Shown in pieces: positions 25,761-39,460 of a DNA stretch of 64,000 bases. The stretch comes from Dipteris shenzhenensis (Eukaryota), in NCBI GenBank assembly GCA_047967505.1, contig CM106538.1, one strand, 5' to 3'. Every line of letters begins with the position of its first letter. Positions within the stretch are counted from its first letter, which is position 1. Made by a program: the position numbers and the translations under genes. Below the pieces are notes generated by a model. It was not told where the DNA came from. It was given only the letters and a program-made list of their open reading frames with translations, and did no database searches.

Positions 25761-27619
25761 GTGAAATCTCTGTACCCTCGGTGAAGATAGAACTGCAGTA
25801 TATAAAATCTAATCTGTGTTACAAGGCTTGTGGCAATCATGCCGGGAATAGCCAAGAGGCTTTACAAGGCTGAAAATGATGTGCACGATGTCGTGAGATA
25901 GCCAAATAGGCTTTACAATGGTGGCATGTGTGTGTGAAATCAAATGCTATCTGCCCACTGAATCAATCTGCAATGCCTCTGAAATCTGAAGTCTACTCAC
26001 TGAACTGATGAACGTAAGGTTTCAGGTAATGTAATGATGTGAAATCGGATGTGAGCGTATGGACTGACTCCGAGTAGGTACTAGTCGGGAATTTCGGGCA
26101 TGGCTTAGATTGGCAACTTGGGGAATTCAAAGTGTCCCCTCTATGGCGATCTAGTCTACTCTGATCTAGATCTAAACCAACTGTCGATTGATGAAAGAAT
26201 AGCAAATAATTCCTTTTCTTTTGTTCTTTTTAAGTGCTGGGTCAGATGCGTCGATGTAGAGGCAAATGTGCGTGAAGGAAGTGGTTTTGTCAGCGAGGCT
26301 CAAATGTGAGTATAACTTGCACCGAAATGTGCGCATGATGTAACGAGTGCGTAGAGCATGAAAAAATGAGCGACTTTCCTTTTTGGAGTGCCCTCAAATT
26401 CTTCCTGGATCAAGAGATATGACTTGATCTAGGTGGAGGGGCAAAAGGAGTGCAAATGGTGCTCAGTGATGATGTGTCACTGTGAGTCACATGCTATGAT
26501 GATGTGGCACTGTGCCTAGCAAGAGGTGTGCCTGTGAAGCCTTGTGCTGAGGTGGCAGCTGTGTGCACATGCAGTGTGTGCACAGTGTGCTTGACAAGGG
26601 ACTATGCCTGCAAGGGTCAGTGCTGACTGGACAGCTGAGGTGGCAGTGCTGAGGTGGCACTAGTGATGTGGCACTACTGAGGTGGCAGAGGTGATGTGGT
26701 AGTGATGACATGGCTGATGACATGGCCACAATGACGTGTCAACTGATGTGGGAGCCTACATGGCACTGATGAGCTGGCAGGGTGATGTGGCACAAGTGAC
26801 GTGGCCTGCTGATGTGGCTATCGATGATGACATGGTAGTGGTGATGTGGACTGCTTACATGGTTGATGATGTGGCACTATGGATAAGGGTGCAATCCGAA
26901 TGGAGATACGTGCCATCAAGTGAGCAGCGGGCTAAGGAAGGCCAAGCCTTTTTGTTGAAACGGTCATTGTGCAGCATGGGCTGCGCCTCAAGACCTGCCT
27001 TGTGTAGAGAGCCTTAGAGCTGCTGGAGAGGCTGAGAATCGCAGGAGCCTGTTGATGCGACTATTCTATTAGAGCTTTGCACGTCCTTCCTAGGAGGGGG
27101 GTTGCTCATTGAAGAGCTTGTTAAACGTAGCATTGAGGTTGTGAGCCTTTGCTACAGCTTCCTATGCCTTGTGAAGAAGGAGTCGTAGATAAGAAAGGAG
27201 GCAGCAGTCGTGGAGTCCTTTGACACCTTTGGTACTCCTCACAAGCCAAAACAGCTAGAAATAGTTCTTCAGTGAAAGCTCTCTCAAGTAGACTTGCGGA
27301 AAACTCTTCCTATCTACCCTTCTCTCTGTCTCAGGAGTAGAATCTTGGGGATGTAAGTCTCTCTCTCTCATAAATAAGATCAAATGAAGGAAATCTCAAG
27401 AACTCTCTTTCACAAAAACATCTCTCAAACTCACAAAGAAACAATGAAGTGAATGGAAGAAGATTAACGGAAATCTCTCAATCTCTCATGGACAGAATTC
27501 TCTCAAATGGATGGAAATTCTATCACTCAACGGAAGTGAAAGAATGAACACAAACTGTCAATCTCTCAATCACTCTCTCACACTCTCAAGAATCGCAATG
27601 CCTCAGCAGAAGGCAAGGG

Positions 27620-27889
27620 AGCTCTGATACCATGCCAAAATATGAAGAGGGGAGAGGAGAAGAGTGGAGATGAGGAGAGAGGGCACAGCTAGAGAGCACA
27701 CCACTAATGACTAACTGTACACTAGATTTAGTTGAAAAAATAGAATATATACAAACCCTTTTAGGGTTAGGGTTAGGGGTTCTAACCCTTTCTTTTATAG
27801 CACTCTATAAGGTTAGTGCTATGCACATATGATCACGTGATGGTGCTATGCACACATGGTCACATGATGTTGAGCGTGAACTCTCAACA
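27620..27889 (-). mobile_element. Copia primer-binding site (27620-27632) and 5' LTR (27633-27889)
   Basis: agctctgatacca is the reverse complement of TGGTATCAGAGCT. The LTR runs tgccaaaa...ctctcaaca, has a minus-strand TATA, and abuts the interrupted helicase. Confidence 0.85.
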
Positions 27890-29295
27890 AAAGTACTATG
27901 AGCTAAAGACACCTATGCACCAAAATGATAACAAATTCCTGAAAGTTTTAAACCGTGTTAGAATCGCCACTCACACTGAAAAAGATTTGAGATACTTAAA
28001 TGCACTTTATCATCATTCACCTATAAACAAACATGAAGTTCCACACCTATTCGACACAAACACAGCAAAAGACAAGCACAATGAAGAGATTTTTCATATG
28101 TTGAAGTCTGAGACCCACTTTCTTAAAGCCATAGACATTAAGCATAAAACATGCAACAAGACAATCCAACTACCGAGTGACCCAAAGAGCACTAGTGGCC
28201 TTCATGTTGAACTATGCTTGAAACTTGGTATGATAGTCGAACTCCGCTAAGGAAACCTCAACATTGCTGATGGCTTGGTTAATGGTGTAGATGCCACCTT
28301 CATGGACTCAAACACAAGCCAAAAGCCATTTGTCAGATGGCTATCCTTCTCAAATAACCAAATCGGCACCAAAACTAGAGCAAGGAGCTCAACATTCTAC
28401 TTAAGTGCTACCAATCCATCATGGACACCAATCTTCCAAGTCACTCGTGAGTTTCAAAAAGGAAAAAATCAAGTCACCACAATTTCTAGGCATCAATTCC
28501 CCCTACAACCTGCTGTTGCATGAACAATTCATCGTTCTCAAGGACTTTCTATGGACTACTTGGGGTTCATCGACCCTCCTGGCATTAATTACATGGCCTA
28601 GCTTACACTGCTTTGTCACGTGTGTGAGATCCATCAAATCCCTACATGATCCAACCATTAGTAATGAAGCACATAAAGGTTGACACATCTGTTCTACAAG
28701 AAATCGAAAGGCCCAAGTCAACTTGTGCTTGGAACTTGGACTCCTTAAACCTTTATGAATACAATGCACAATATCAATTTCTGTTATCATGGAACACAAG
28801 GACATTCCAAAGGCACAAGCAAGACATACTTTCCAATACAAATGTAATTGCCTCGCAAGCTCTTTGATTCCAAGAAGTACATGGGCAACAATGCGATGAT
28901 ACTAACATCCCTAACTTCAAACAAATAATGGGGAGAATGGGTCTTGGCATCTTTACTTGCTATAAAAGTGAAGTAGACCGCTTAGACAAACAATATTACT
29001 TCCATGATGGCATCGAATGCTTGCTAACAATTTTCCAATCTCCACTCTTCTAAACAAAGGCTATATAAGTCCCCAAAAGCACACAGAAATACACTTATTG
29101 ACTTACTAGACCACATTTTCAAGTACTTGAACTCAAACATGCTCACATACATCATTGTGAGACTTCAACATAGACTACATAATAAAAACGACAAACATGC
29201 AAAAACTACTCATCCTCATGGAACTTCAAAATATGCAACAACTAATACATGACCCCACTACAATACATAGCTCCAAATTGGATCATATTTGAAGA
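27890..29295 (+). mobile_element. Helitron/Helentron PIF1-type helicase C-terminal half followed by an EEP/APE-like endonuclease domain (pseudogene)
   Basis: Helicase motifs: YELKTPMHQND.KFLKVLNRVR, LCLKLGMIVEL.*.NLNIADGLVNG, RHQFPLQPAVA*TIHRSQGLS. Endonuclease motifs: LSWNTRTF, L*FQEV, DFNID, QLIHDPTT....KLDHI. Confidence 0.85.
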
Positions 29296-29569
29296 AATAC
29301 AATCGTTAGGCAGGCAGCATAGTGCCATAAAACACAAAATCCAAGCTCTCCTTGAGCCATGTGTCCTCCTATTTTTAGTCCTTGAGCTCTATTTTCAGTT
29401 TTGATTCATCTAAATTCAGTTTCGTACCTTGCTAATAAGTTGATCCTTTGCTTTACTTCCTGTGAGTTTCGAGCTTTGTTTGTTGTGTGAAAGCTTTCCG
29501 TCGCCATAGCCATATAGCCGCCGAGCTCGCTCATCACCATAGCCCCGCGAGCTCTAGCTTCACCTTCGC

Positions 29570-29944
29570 CATGGCTCCCCCCCTGTCATCGACGCTTCCA
29601 TCATCCAACCAATCCATGCTTTCCTCCTCCTCCCTCTCCATCGAAGCCCTCCTCGCCGCCCTTGTTCCCCCCACCAAGTCCCTCACTCACCCCCCATCTT
29701 GTGCTTCTTTGTTGGCACCAGTGGGGCCGCATCTTCCTCAGCGTCAACCTGGAATTTGTTAGTTTCACAAGAAAACGTTGAGGAAAATGCAGCTCCTCCT
29801 GTTGTTTCTGCCATGAAGCCTTATAAAGATTGCGAGGCTGAGTACGGAGATGTCATCCGATCGGTTTTGGAAATTGCCAAAGGTCTTTCCAAGAACATGT
29901 GTTTGGGCTCTTTTACTGGTCGGCTAGATAATAGTCCAAGCTAA
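29570..29944 (+). mobile_element. Possible LINE ORF1 5' fragment
   Basis: An S/P-rich N-terminus is followed by EIAKGLSKNMCLGSFTGR, resembling the start of a DUF4283-type ORF1. Confidence 0.3.
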
Positions 29945-31015
29945 GCAATTCCTCATCATGAAGGCGGCCCAGCATGGGGAGCACGAGCTCCGATTGATCG
30001 CAGGTCAGCGATCTCTGCAATTGAGTGATTCGGGGGATGCGACAGTGTAAATTCAAATGGCAAAGATGCCCATGATGTTGGGTTGCGAACTTCGGTTCAG
30101 AAAAACCTCTCCAATTGTCTCTCCCCTTCTAGATCATTCCTCGCTTCCCACCTCCTCTGTTCATAGACCCTTTTCTCGTGGATTGTTCCTCGCGTTCCTG
30201 AGAATCATTCTTCCTATCACTGCTCTTGATTTTGGGTTTTCGTGGCTCCGCTCGCTCAAAGATCCCTCTCAGACTTGCATTCAGCGCGATCGGGTGAACT
30301 CATCCACAATGATGTCTTGTAGAGCCTCCTACGTGCTTGATCGCCCATAGATCACGTAGAAAGAACTTCGATCTACAAATTTCTATCCTTGAAGTAGCAA
30401 ACCAATCTCATGCCCTCGCTCCACAAGAGCGTCCATTGAAATGCTAACAGACATCCGCTCCAAACCACATGCTTGGATGCAATTGTTGGTCTCAATCCAT
30501 TCTAATATATTTTTGATCATCACGATAGAAGTCTATGACGTGAAGGCAGCTCTACATGTTTGAGAATTCAGGTAGCTCCGTGGAATGCGAAGAGCTACCG
30601 GTTCATCTGTGTGCATTTGCCGTGTCATCATCAAGAGCTCGCTGCATCATCATCAGGAGCTCGCTGTGTGCTTGAGAAGAATGTCATGCGAGATGGAAGA
30701 ATTCTTTACGAGTTCCAGGTCTAATTAAAAACCAAGCTCTTAGTACTTGATCTAATACGTATACTCCTGTATGTGGAATTGCGCTTTTGACCCGGAATGG
30801 CCAAGTCTTAGTTAGCGATTCCTATATGGAATCGGTGGCTTACAATATGAGCCTTCCACCTTTGCAGGCAGGCCTAGTTGCATTTGTGGCAAGAGATGGA
30901 GGAAGCTATGAGGTCAGTGAGTCTTGTGATGCTTCTTCTGCAGGTGCATCAATGCTTTGATGTTTGAGGTTTTTATCTACTCAGGCACGTGATCAAGTGA
31001 TGTTTGATCATACAG

Positions 31016-31083
31016 GCATAGAGCATGTTGGCGGGGACATTGTCAAGAGCGATGTACCATCTGGAGATGCCATTTTCATGATG
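31016..31083 (+). pseudogene. Isolated exon of a class II O-methyltransferase (COMT-like)
   Basis: acAG|GCATA...ATG|GTAAGC encodes (G)IEHVGGDIVKSDVPSGDAIFM, which matches the short COMT exon GVEHVGGDMF..VP.GDAIFMK. Confidence 0.75.
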
Positions 31084-31223
31084 GTAAGCCACATATATTT
31101 GTTGATACGCTTGATGCCTTGGACACAATATATATTAGCCGTCTGAAAGTAAGAAATTTCGACGGAATGACAGAGGGTTCTACATGGCTTTGACAATGAA
31201 GAATTATGCAATGTCCAAAAAAC

Positions 31224-31323
31224 ATTATGCAATTTGCAAAATACACGATGCAAGATTCCAAGGAACGTACATACATTATGCAATTTGCAAAATACATGAT
31301 GCAAGATCCCAAGGAACGGCACA
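31224..31323. repeat. ~51-bp tandem duplication
   Basis: cattatgcaatttgcaaaatac..gatgcaagat.ccaaggaacg occurs twice. Confidence 0.85.
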
Positions 31324-34300
31324 TTCCTTGGTCTTATAATTTTTGGAGAGAAACTGTGCCAACTCTCCCCCCACATGAACGTGTAGTTACACGAACATGT
31401 GGTTATATATCATGTGAAATTTGTGCCCAAATGATCATGTTTTCACATGATTATATGGTTATATACACTGCCAACTTTCTATGCACATGCCAACTCTCTA
31501 TCCACATCAATGTGTGGTTATATACAAGACGTGAACAATGCTATCTAATTATACATAACAATAAAACAAAGATTTGTTATGCAAATAAGAAAGCATTTTC
31601 AATTGTGCTTCATTTCCAATATACCTTCATGCCATATCTTATTACATTTTCAATGTATTAGAACATCAACTCATCATTCACTTTCATAATCTAACACATG
31701 CCTGCCCGGATCTAGTTGAAAACCGCATTGCTCGAACGCTCTAGGCATATTGGTCTAACCATTATGTAGTAGACACTTCTCTTTGAAGCATATGTTCTTA
31801 AACTTGGGCCAACCTTTGGAAGGCCTCATGAATGTAATTCAAACTTGTTCAAAAGGGAACGGAGTATCTACTGAACACTCACGGATTGTAATATAAGGAG
31901 CTCTCGAGGAACATAGCACACGGCTTGTGACGCTTCCAAATGACTAGGATCGAGGAGCTGGGCATCTGTTTCTTTGGTTTTCCAAACTGCTAGATCATCA
32001 CTCAAGCTTGAGGTTGTTACTGAACACCGGTCTTATACGTTGCCTCCTTGCGCTTATTTTTCGACCTCATGCTATTTTGTTGTTGTGAGGATCCTTCGCA
32101 CTTTTTTCCTTTATGTGGCTGGCAAGAGTGAGCTGTTGTCTGCAAAATACCCAGGAAGTTCTGAGGAGAAGCAAGTGTTTGGTCGTTGGACTACTCATGG
32201 GCACAGTAACAGGGCACTGCACAAAGTCTCATATCCAGGAACAATCATTTGTTCTTGACACGCCAATTGATAAGGTAAGCGTCAAAGTTTTTAACCCGTT
32301 AGATTGATAGAAACAAGTGACTTTTTTGGACTGGTGGGTTGTTTGAGGTTGTCTTGGAAATTGTTGTTTGTCCGAATGCTATGTTAGATTGACGGAAATA
32401 AGTGACTTTTTTGGACTTGTGGGCTGTTTGAGATTGTCTTGGACATTGTTGGGCATACTAGTTTGCCCAAATGCTTTGTTGGGGAGATACATTAGACGGA
32501 GAGGCGGGTAAAACAGTTGCCCACTATTTGCCTACTGCAAATAGTGGGTGAAACAGTTGCCCACTGCGTACTTCAAGGAGAAACCCTCCCAGGTATGTTA
32601 TTGGGAAGCCATTTTTGGCATGCCTCCACGCTCTGCCGTCGTGAGAGAGTCCCTCATCTTGCTTTGGGTGCAGCTTACACTCTAGACAACACTCCGCGGC
32701 ATTGGTTTTTTATTATTCAAGGTTCGTTTTGAATCTGCCCAATAGTGTGGACCGATGAAGACTCTGTAGCCTTTGGGGGGTATACTCTGAAATAGAGATT
32801 TATCCCACTTTCTTTTACTAAGAAGTTTGGATCAATGAAGTCGTGCATTTCCTACCTGGTATGTTCAGTTTTCGGAAAGTAATCTATAGGCATCGACCGA
32901 TCCCTAGCTCAGAGACAAACTATTGCTACAATGAACGTGCTATTGCGTAGAGAAATGCTCTGGGTAGTGATCGATCACTTATTTTTAATTTGCTGGTCAC
33001 CATATGAGCAATTTTTTGAGGATTGAGCACTTTCTGAGCGTGAATATGTAGGAGCAGTAGTGCTTCAACCAGAAACCCAGCTCTCTTGTTTTTTGGATGG
33101 TATTTTTAGAACTCATTCAGGTCTCTCATTTTACTGATTGTTGATTGCTCAGCCAAAAAACATTAATCTGATTTACCTGAGCTGTACTTTTTGGATCGGT
33201 GAATGATTGATTGCCTCGTGATAGTTATTTTTAAGGAACCTTAATATTTTGGTGCTGTTTTGAGTCCTAGCACCATGCTTAGTACTGAGAATGAGACATG
33301 CCACGTTCTAGAGAGTGATTGCTTCATAGCTCCTCCCTTCAGTCATTCTAGTAGAGATTGTCTACAAGCACTGAATGGCCTGCTAGCTGTTCTCACATTC
33401 AAATGACCTGAGAGCAAGCAGGGGTATGTGTTACAATGCTGATTTTGAGAGCAGTCTAGAATTGCCATTAATATAGATAAGGATGACTCAATGACATAGA
33501 ATATGGATCAGAGGTATTTTGTCCAGTACTATACTAACTTGGGTCCTACGTCGTTTCAGAAAGGTTTCTCTTATGGAGGCTCGCCCTGCGATTCATGATT
33601 GTCTCTTCCAAGTCAATACAAAACCTAGGCTTCCCTGCAAGAATTCTTCCTGTATTTATGGACTAAGAGCTATTTAGTTCTTCCTCTATGCTTTACAAGT
33701 TGAATGTTTATCCCAGAGACCCATGCATATTCGTGAATACATGGCTATGAAAATACATAGACCCTTGGCAAAGGATTGATTAATTTTTCTCTGTCAATTT
33801 ATGTGTTCTCAGGGAACTAAAAGAAAGACCATGGATTAACAAAAGGTTGTAGTATTGATTTGGTTCGGAAGCAGTTGCATCACTACGCATGAGGATATGT
33901 TGTGGTGTCTTATGGAAATTTTATGAGTACATAATTGGAGGATGCTCATAGGCAGCCCCCTTTACTTTGTTGGATTGACAACATATATATATTTTGAGTA
34001 TTAGAAATGACCTTGGTCTGTCTAAGACCTGAAGGAGTGCAGAGGACTTGGTAATTGCTATTTATCTCATTTTATTTTTCTTGGAGACAATTGATATTTT
34101 AAGACTACATTTTTTGATATGGAGTGATATTTTTAAGAATGCACTCTCTATTGTGAGTGACAGGAATATACCTGTGTTTAGACACATGGCTGGTAAATTA
34201 TTAAATTAAAGCTAGAGATAGATGGTAAAATAAAGGTACAAGGTTGATGGTCATTGTGGTATTCTACTCTGGACATGGCATGATGATTTGGAATAATCTT

Positions 34301-35769
34301 CTATCAGGGTTGTAACATGGTTTTGGCCCTGAAAAACAGAAAGTATCACAAAGGATATTAGTTATATTTATTGAGACCTGCAGGGTATTATTGGGATATT
34401 TGTTCCTGCGCATGAGGGGTTCACCTTGTCGAAAGATTTGAATAGCATATGATGTATTGCATTCATGAGTATGATTAATTAATTTTGTGTAAAGATTCTT
34501 ACAAAATTTTATCTCTTACACTTGTGATGTCCTTGCTTAAGGATGGTGTTGAAATCCAGGCAATCTAGGGATGCTAGAAACAAATAGGAGAGGGAATAAT
34601 GAAGATGTAGGTCCATGGGATTCAAAGTTCCTACTTCTGTATTCCATTTACCTTGAGTTAATTTTGACATTTATAAATGCTAGCCTTTATATATTTTTGT
34701 GATGTAAGAATGCCAAGGTTCGAATTATGGTACTACTGTGTGCCGGCGTTGCCAAACCTGGCTTCCACAGCTAAAATGAATGGCTCTAACTTTCATTTGG
34801 TTGTGATGGTGCCAGGTGAGTCAGCATACCTCTCCATCGGATTTGCATGATGAAATATTCGGCATGGTTTGACATATTGAAGAAACAGCGTTGGTAACTT
34901 TGAGGTTCACTCTATGATGGATTTTATCCAACTATTGTACTACAACAAAGACTTATTTGTTGGAGACTTATATTTTATATATTTTTTATTTTTTTGTGCA
35001 ATCTATTAATGAGAAGGATTTGTAAGTGTACTTCTACCTTTGCATTTTGTGAGAAGGAGATTGATATTAAGATGATTCCCACTTGGGATTATTTAAGTTG
35101 ATTCTCAATTTAGCAATCTATGAGAAGTAGCTGAATAGGAATGGATTACTCCCACGTGAATGGACAGTAGCACATGGTTGTATCTGGTTTACTTAAACGG
35201 TTTGTCTAAAATGAAATCTGTCCATAGTGAAGCAGTCTAGAGTTTGTTAGGAAAAACATACACAAAAATGCAATTAGCAATCATGTAGTACACAAGGATA
35301 GCCTAGAATAAAAGGCCATGCTCATTGCTTCACCCATGGATGCTTCCTCGGATGTTCAAAATAGGAAATAATTTATGTAATCTTTTCTAAACTCACCAGC
35401 TTACTATGAAACTTTAGAATTTTCCACACGTTACAGGAGTAGTTAATGTTCAACATACACTACATGAAGTTGCAAGGACCACTATCTAATATTGTCTCTA
35501 TAAGAGTAGTTCGTTGCTCCATTCTTAGCAACATGCACATGCTACTTTAAGATTATAACAACATGCACATGCTAATTTAGGATTACTTTGAAAGACAAAA
35601 TTTGTGGCAAAATAACAAAGTGCCATTCATGACCATGCATATTTTGGAGAATAGTAAGCAAAGATAGTAGTTCCTCTCTTTTTTAGAGGTTGGGTAGGAG
35701 ATAGAATCCTCTAGCAATGGTGAAGGAAGGGATGTCACCATCATTGCCAAGGTTCATGCTATTTTTTCA

Positions 35770-38700
35770 ACTATTGGTTCCAATAACAAGATTGACGATG
35801 ATGCAACTCCAGTGAATCTAATACATGGGAACTACAATGATGTTAAGATGGACACACGTGATGATAACGACATGCCAAGACAGTGTGTACCATTTCATGG
35901 ACAAACAGGTCTGCTTGTCTAGGCCCAAAAGAGTGCGAGAAGTAGCCAATAGCATCGTTCGAAGATCCACCAACATGATAAAGGAACAACCAGACTTGCT
36001 ATTGTTAGAATGCAGTCACACGGAAAAATGGGCAAGGGAACTAGCTCATGCACTCATTGTCAAGAAAGAATGCTTATAGTGGTACTAGCCAAGGGGAGTT
36101 TAGAAGCTTCTTCAAAGCCATGCTTTGCTACCTCCCAAATAAACATCGTGGGTGGTCCTGAACTGTAGTGCAAGGAAGATTTTCCAATACCCAAAGAGCT
36201 CGGGAGAACTGGAGCACACAAAGTTGATCAGAACATTGCTCGATTAGATGAGGGGAACCTATTCTAGGTAAGCTCCCCAGTGTTAATGTGCACAATGGAG
36301 TATTAAATAAAACCACCACACGGTTAGCCTTGTGCACTATGATAGGCTACATTCACAACCCTAAACCGGTTGGAGTCTTCTTGGAAGGGCAAATTTGGCA
36401 TGCTTGGACTCAAAAAGGTCAAAACATTACAAGCATTTGTTTCCTTAGACATGGTTCATGGTTTTCTTATTGAACAGCCAGAGATGGTTAGTTCTGTTGT
36501 ACAGACTAGCACCTAGACACTAAGGAACCATCCATTTTTGGTTCAAATGTGGGATCCGATCTTCAACCCAAATATGCCAAGCCACCTATCTAGGAAGAAT
36601 TCTCAGACTTGCCACTTTCACTTTTCCCTCAGATTAATACTTTATGTTCTCCACTTGGTCTATTTTTGGGACTGGAAGCCAAGAAGTTCATTAATCCATG
36701 AGGGAATCTACAAGCTTGTGTACTCATGGATTTAGCCATTGATCCATGTTAGCTATTAGAGTGGTTGAAAGTGTATGCTCCAAGAAAATAGGCCCAACGT
36801 GGAAAATCAAGGTCCACCTTTTACCTTGGTCAAAGGTAGAAGAACTATGCAATTAGATAGAAAAAGTCAACAATCCAAACTGCAGGCTTAAAGGAGGTGA
36901 CTAATTTGGACATGAGAGAAAAGAGGAGGATGTCCACGGGCTTTGTAATCTCTCCCATGCAAAGCCTAATACAGTTTAAGAAAAGAGGAACACAGACAAA
37001 GTGATCATGCAATACACCGATAAAGAGAAATTTTCTTCCCTCAATGTGAATGTTCAAGGTTTGACAAATGATTTGAAAGTAGCTATTTTCAAAAGAGTTG
37101 AGGAAAAATGATCTAAAGACTTGACTTCCTCCTTACTTTACCAAAACTCAAGGTGGAAGGAAGCAAGCTGAAGTGGCAGCTTAACCAAATTAACAACAAA
37201 AGAATTTGGTTTACAAGAGATCATGAGGAGGGTAAAGGTGCCAAAGTCTTGGGTGTCATAGAGTCATTAGGTAAATTTTTTACATAGGCCTTTGCTTTCT
37301 TTAGGACCCCATGGGATAGGGGAGGAATTCAGCCATGAAAAGTTGGAGCATAATATTTTCTCTATTTTTATCTACCAAATTTTGTCAGGGATAGAACCTT
37401 ATTGTGGGGCATAATTGCCTTTTTAGAGAAAGAACAATTATTATGGGATGTTTTAATATGGTAGAGTCTCAAAAGGACAAAAGGAATGGGATGGGTAGTG
37501 TCATCTGAGGTAGTGAAGTAAGGGCTTGGCAAGATTGTAAGGAACACAGGGAGTTGATTGATATGTCAAAAGATACCTCTTTCACTTGGACAAACAATCA
37601 ATGTGGAAAAATTAAATAAGATCTAGAACTAATAGTTTTATGCGTCGAAAGCCGTTTTGGAAAAAACCATTCTTTGCAAGAACCTGTCGCTTCCTTCTCT
37701 ACCTTTCTCTAACCACAAACCAATCTTGATCAATGTGGACAAGGGAGAAGGGAAATAGCTAACTACCCTATTTCCAGAAAAAGATTACCAAAATTTGGCA
37801 TGCTATCTACAAAAATCATGGATAAGTGGACAGAACAAAGAAATTCTTAAAAGCCATAAGAAAAAGGGCAAACAAGGCACAAATTTTATGGAGAAAAGAA
37901 CTAGAGGAGCAAATCAAGGGACTCTACTATTTGCACTTGTTGTTGATGCTCTAGGTTGGCTTATCCAATATGGGTAGACAAGGTGAGATTAAAGGCTTCC
38001 AAATCAAGGGATGGATGCAAATTTTGAGTCAACAGTTTGCTAATGACACAAATCTAAGACCTTAGAATGATCACCAATTAGTAAGAGTAGTGTATAGTGT
38101 CTAGAAATCTTCTATTCAGCATCAGGGTCAAGGATAAACCATAGCAAGTGGGTATGTATGGAGCAAGGAGCCACCCACCATAAGTTTGAGAGAAAATCAC
38201 GTAAAATTCTAAAAAAGGGTGTATTTTTCAGATTTCTTGGTATCCCCATGGGAGGAAAGTGTACAAACAAAAGCAGATGGGAGTGGGAGATCCAAAAAAT
38301 AAAGGGTAAAGTTGTTAAATGGCAAGGGTGACAACCAACTTTAGCAAGACATAAATTTCTCTAAAGCACTGTTTCTCTAAATCAACTCTTTATTCAGGAC
38401 TTTCTTGTGGTGGGGGAACTTAGTGAGAGAAAACTAGCTAGGGTCCAAAGGGAGTATTGCACTTTGGCAAAAAGTATGCGGGATTGGGTATAGTGAATAT
38501 TGGGATTTCTTTTTCTTGGTTCATGGGTTACTGGATCCTAAAAGCCTTTCAACAACCTATTAACCTAGTATGGGCCATTTTAGCCAGACAGAACGTTTCA
38601 AAAGTAAAACCAATTCGATGTAAACATTGGAAATTCCTCCCCAAAGGCATAGTTGCCTTTGAAAGTGAACCCTATGTAGCCAAAGGATCCAAACTTTGGA

Positions 38701-39460
38701 AGGGAATGTGGAAAACTTGGGAGACTTTGAGACCCTTCTTAGTTTGAAAAGGCATCTCTAGAAACACTGGAACTTTTTTTCAAAGAGACTCTTTTTGGTT
38801 TTCCATCATTTGGAGATATAGAACATTTGAGGATACATCCCTTAAGGCTGCACTTAAACTAAGCAAAAATGATTGAGATGTCGGCACAATCTACGGGACA
38901 TGAGAGTAGGCACGTGGGAAAAGGACACTGACCTAAGGAGAGACTTTAGATTAAGTAGGTTTGATATTATGCTAATATAGGAAAGAAGAGACCTATGGGA
39001 TAGAAATACACTTGCTTGGATGGGTGAAAGACTACAACCAAACCCCAGGAGTTCAGGTGTTGGGCAATAAATCCTTATCATGAGTCTCAAAAGGAACAAA
39101 AAATGGCATAGAAGGGATTCTTCACAACCTTGGTCCAAAAGGTTCAAAAAAATATGGCACAAAAATATCCCCAAAAAACATGTTTATCTTTTGTGGTTAA
39201 TATTGCATAAGGCTATGTGGGCAGCCAGTAGAGCCAGAAGAATAGGTCAAGGTGATGAGAAATATCAGAGATGCCAACGTATGCAAGAGCATATTACTCA
39301 CCTGTTCATGAATTGCAATCAATTTGTCTAAGTGTGGGATCAATTAAAAGTCACATTGCTCATTTTCCTTTTCATTATGCCTATATACTCTTGGGAGATA
39401 TGCCTTCTAGATGTGCTAAATAAATATTCCATAGCCTCAAGAGCTATATGGTGTTAATAA
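35770..39460 (+). mobile_element. Degenerate L1-like LINE (ORF1, endonuclease, RT, zf-RVT)
   Basis: ORF1-like TMIGYIHNP...ICFLRHGSWF. Endonuclease NVQGL and IIMGCFNM. RT LFALVVDALG, QQFANDT and FRFLGIP. Also KYAGLGI and YLLWLILHKA...CQRMQEHITHLFMNC. Confidence 0.85.
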
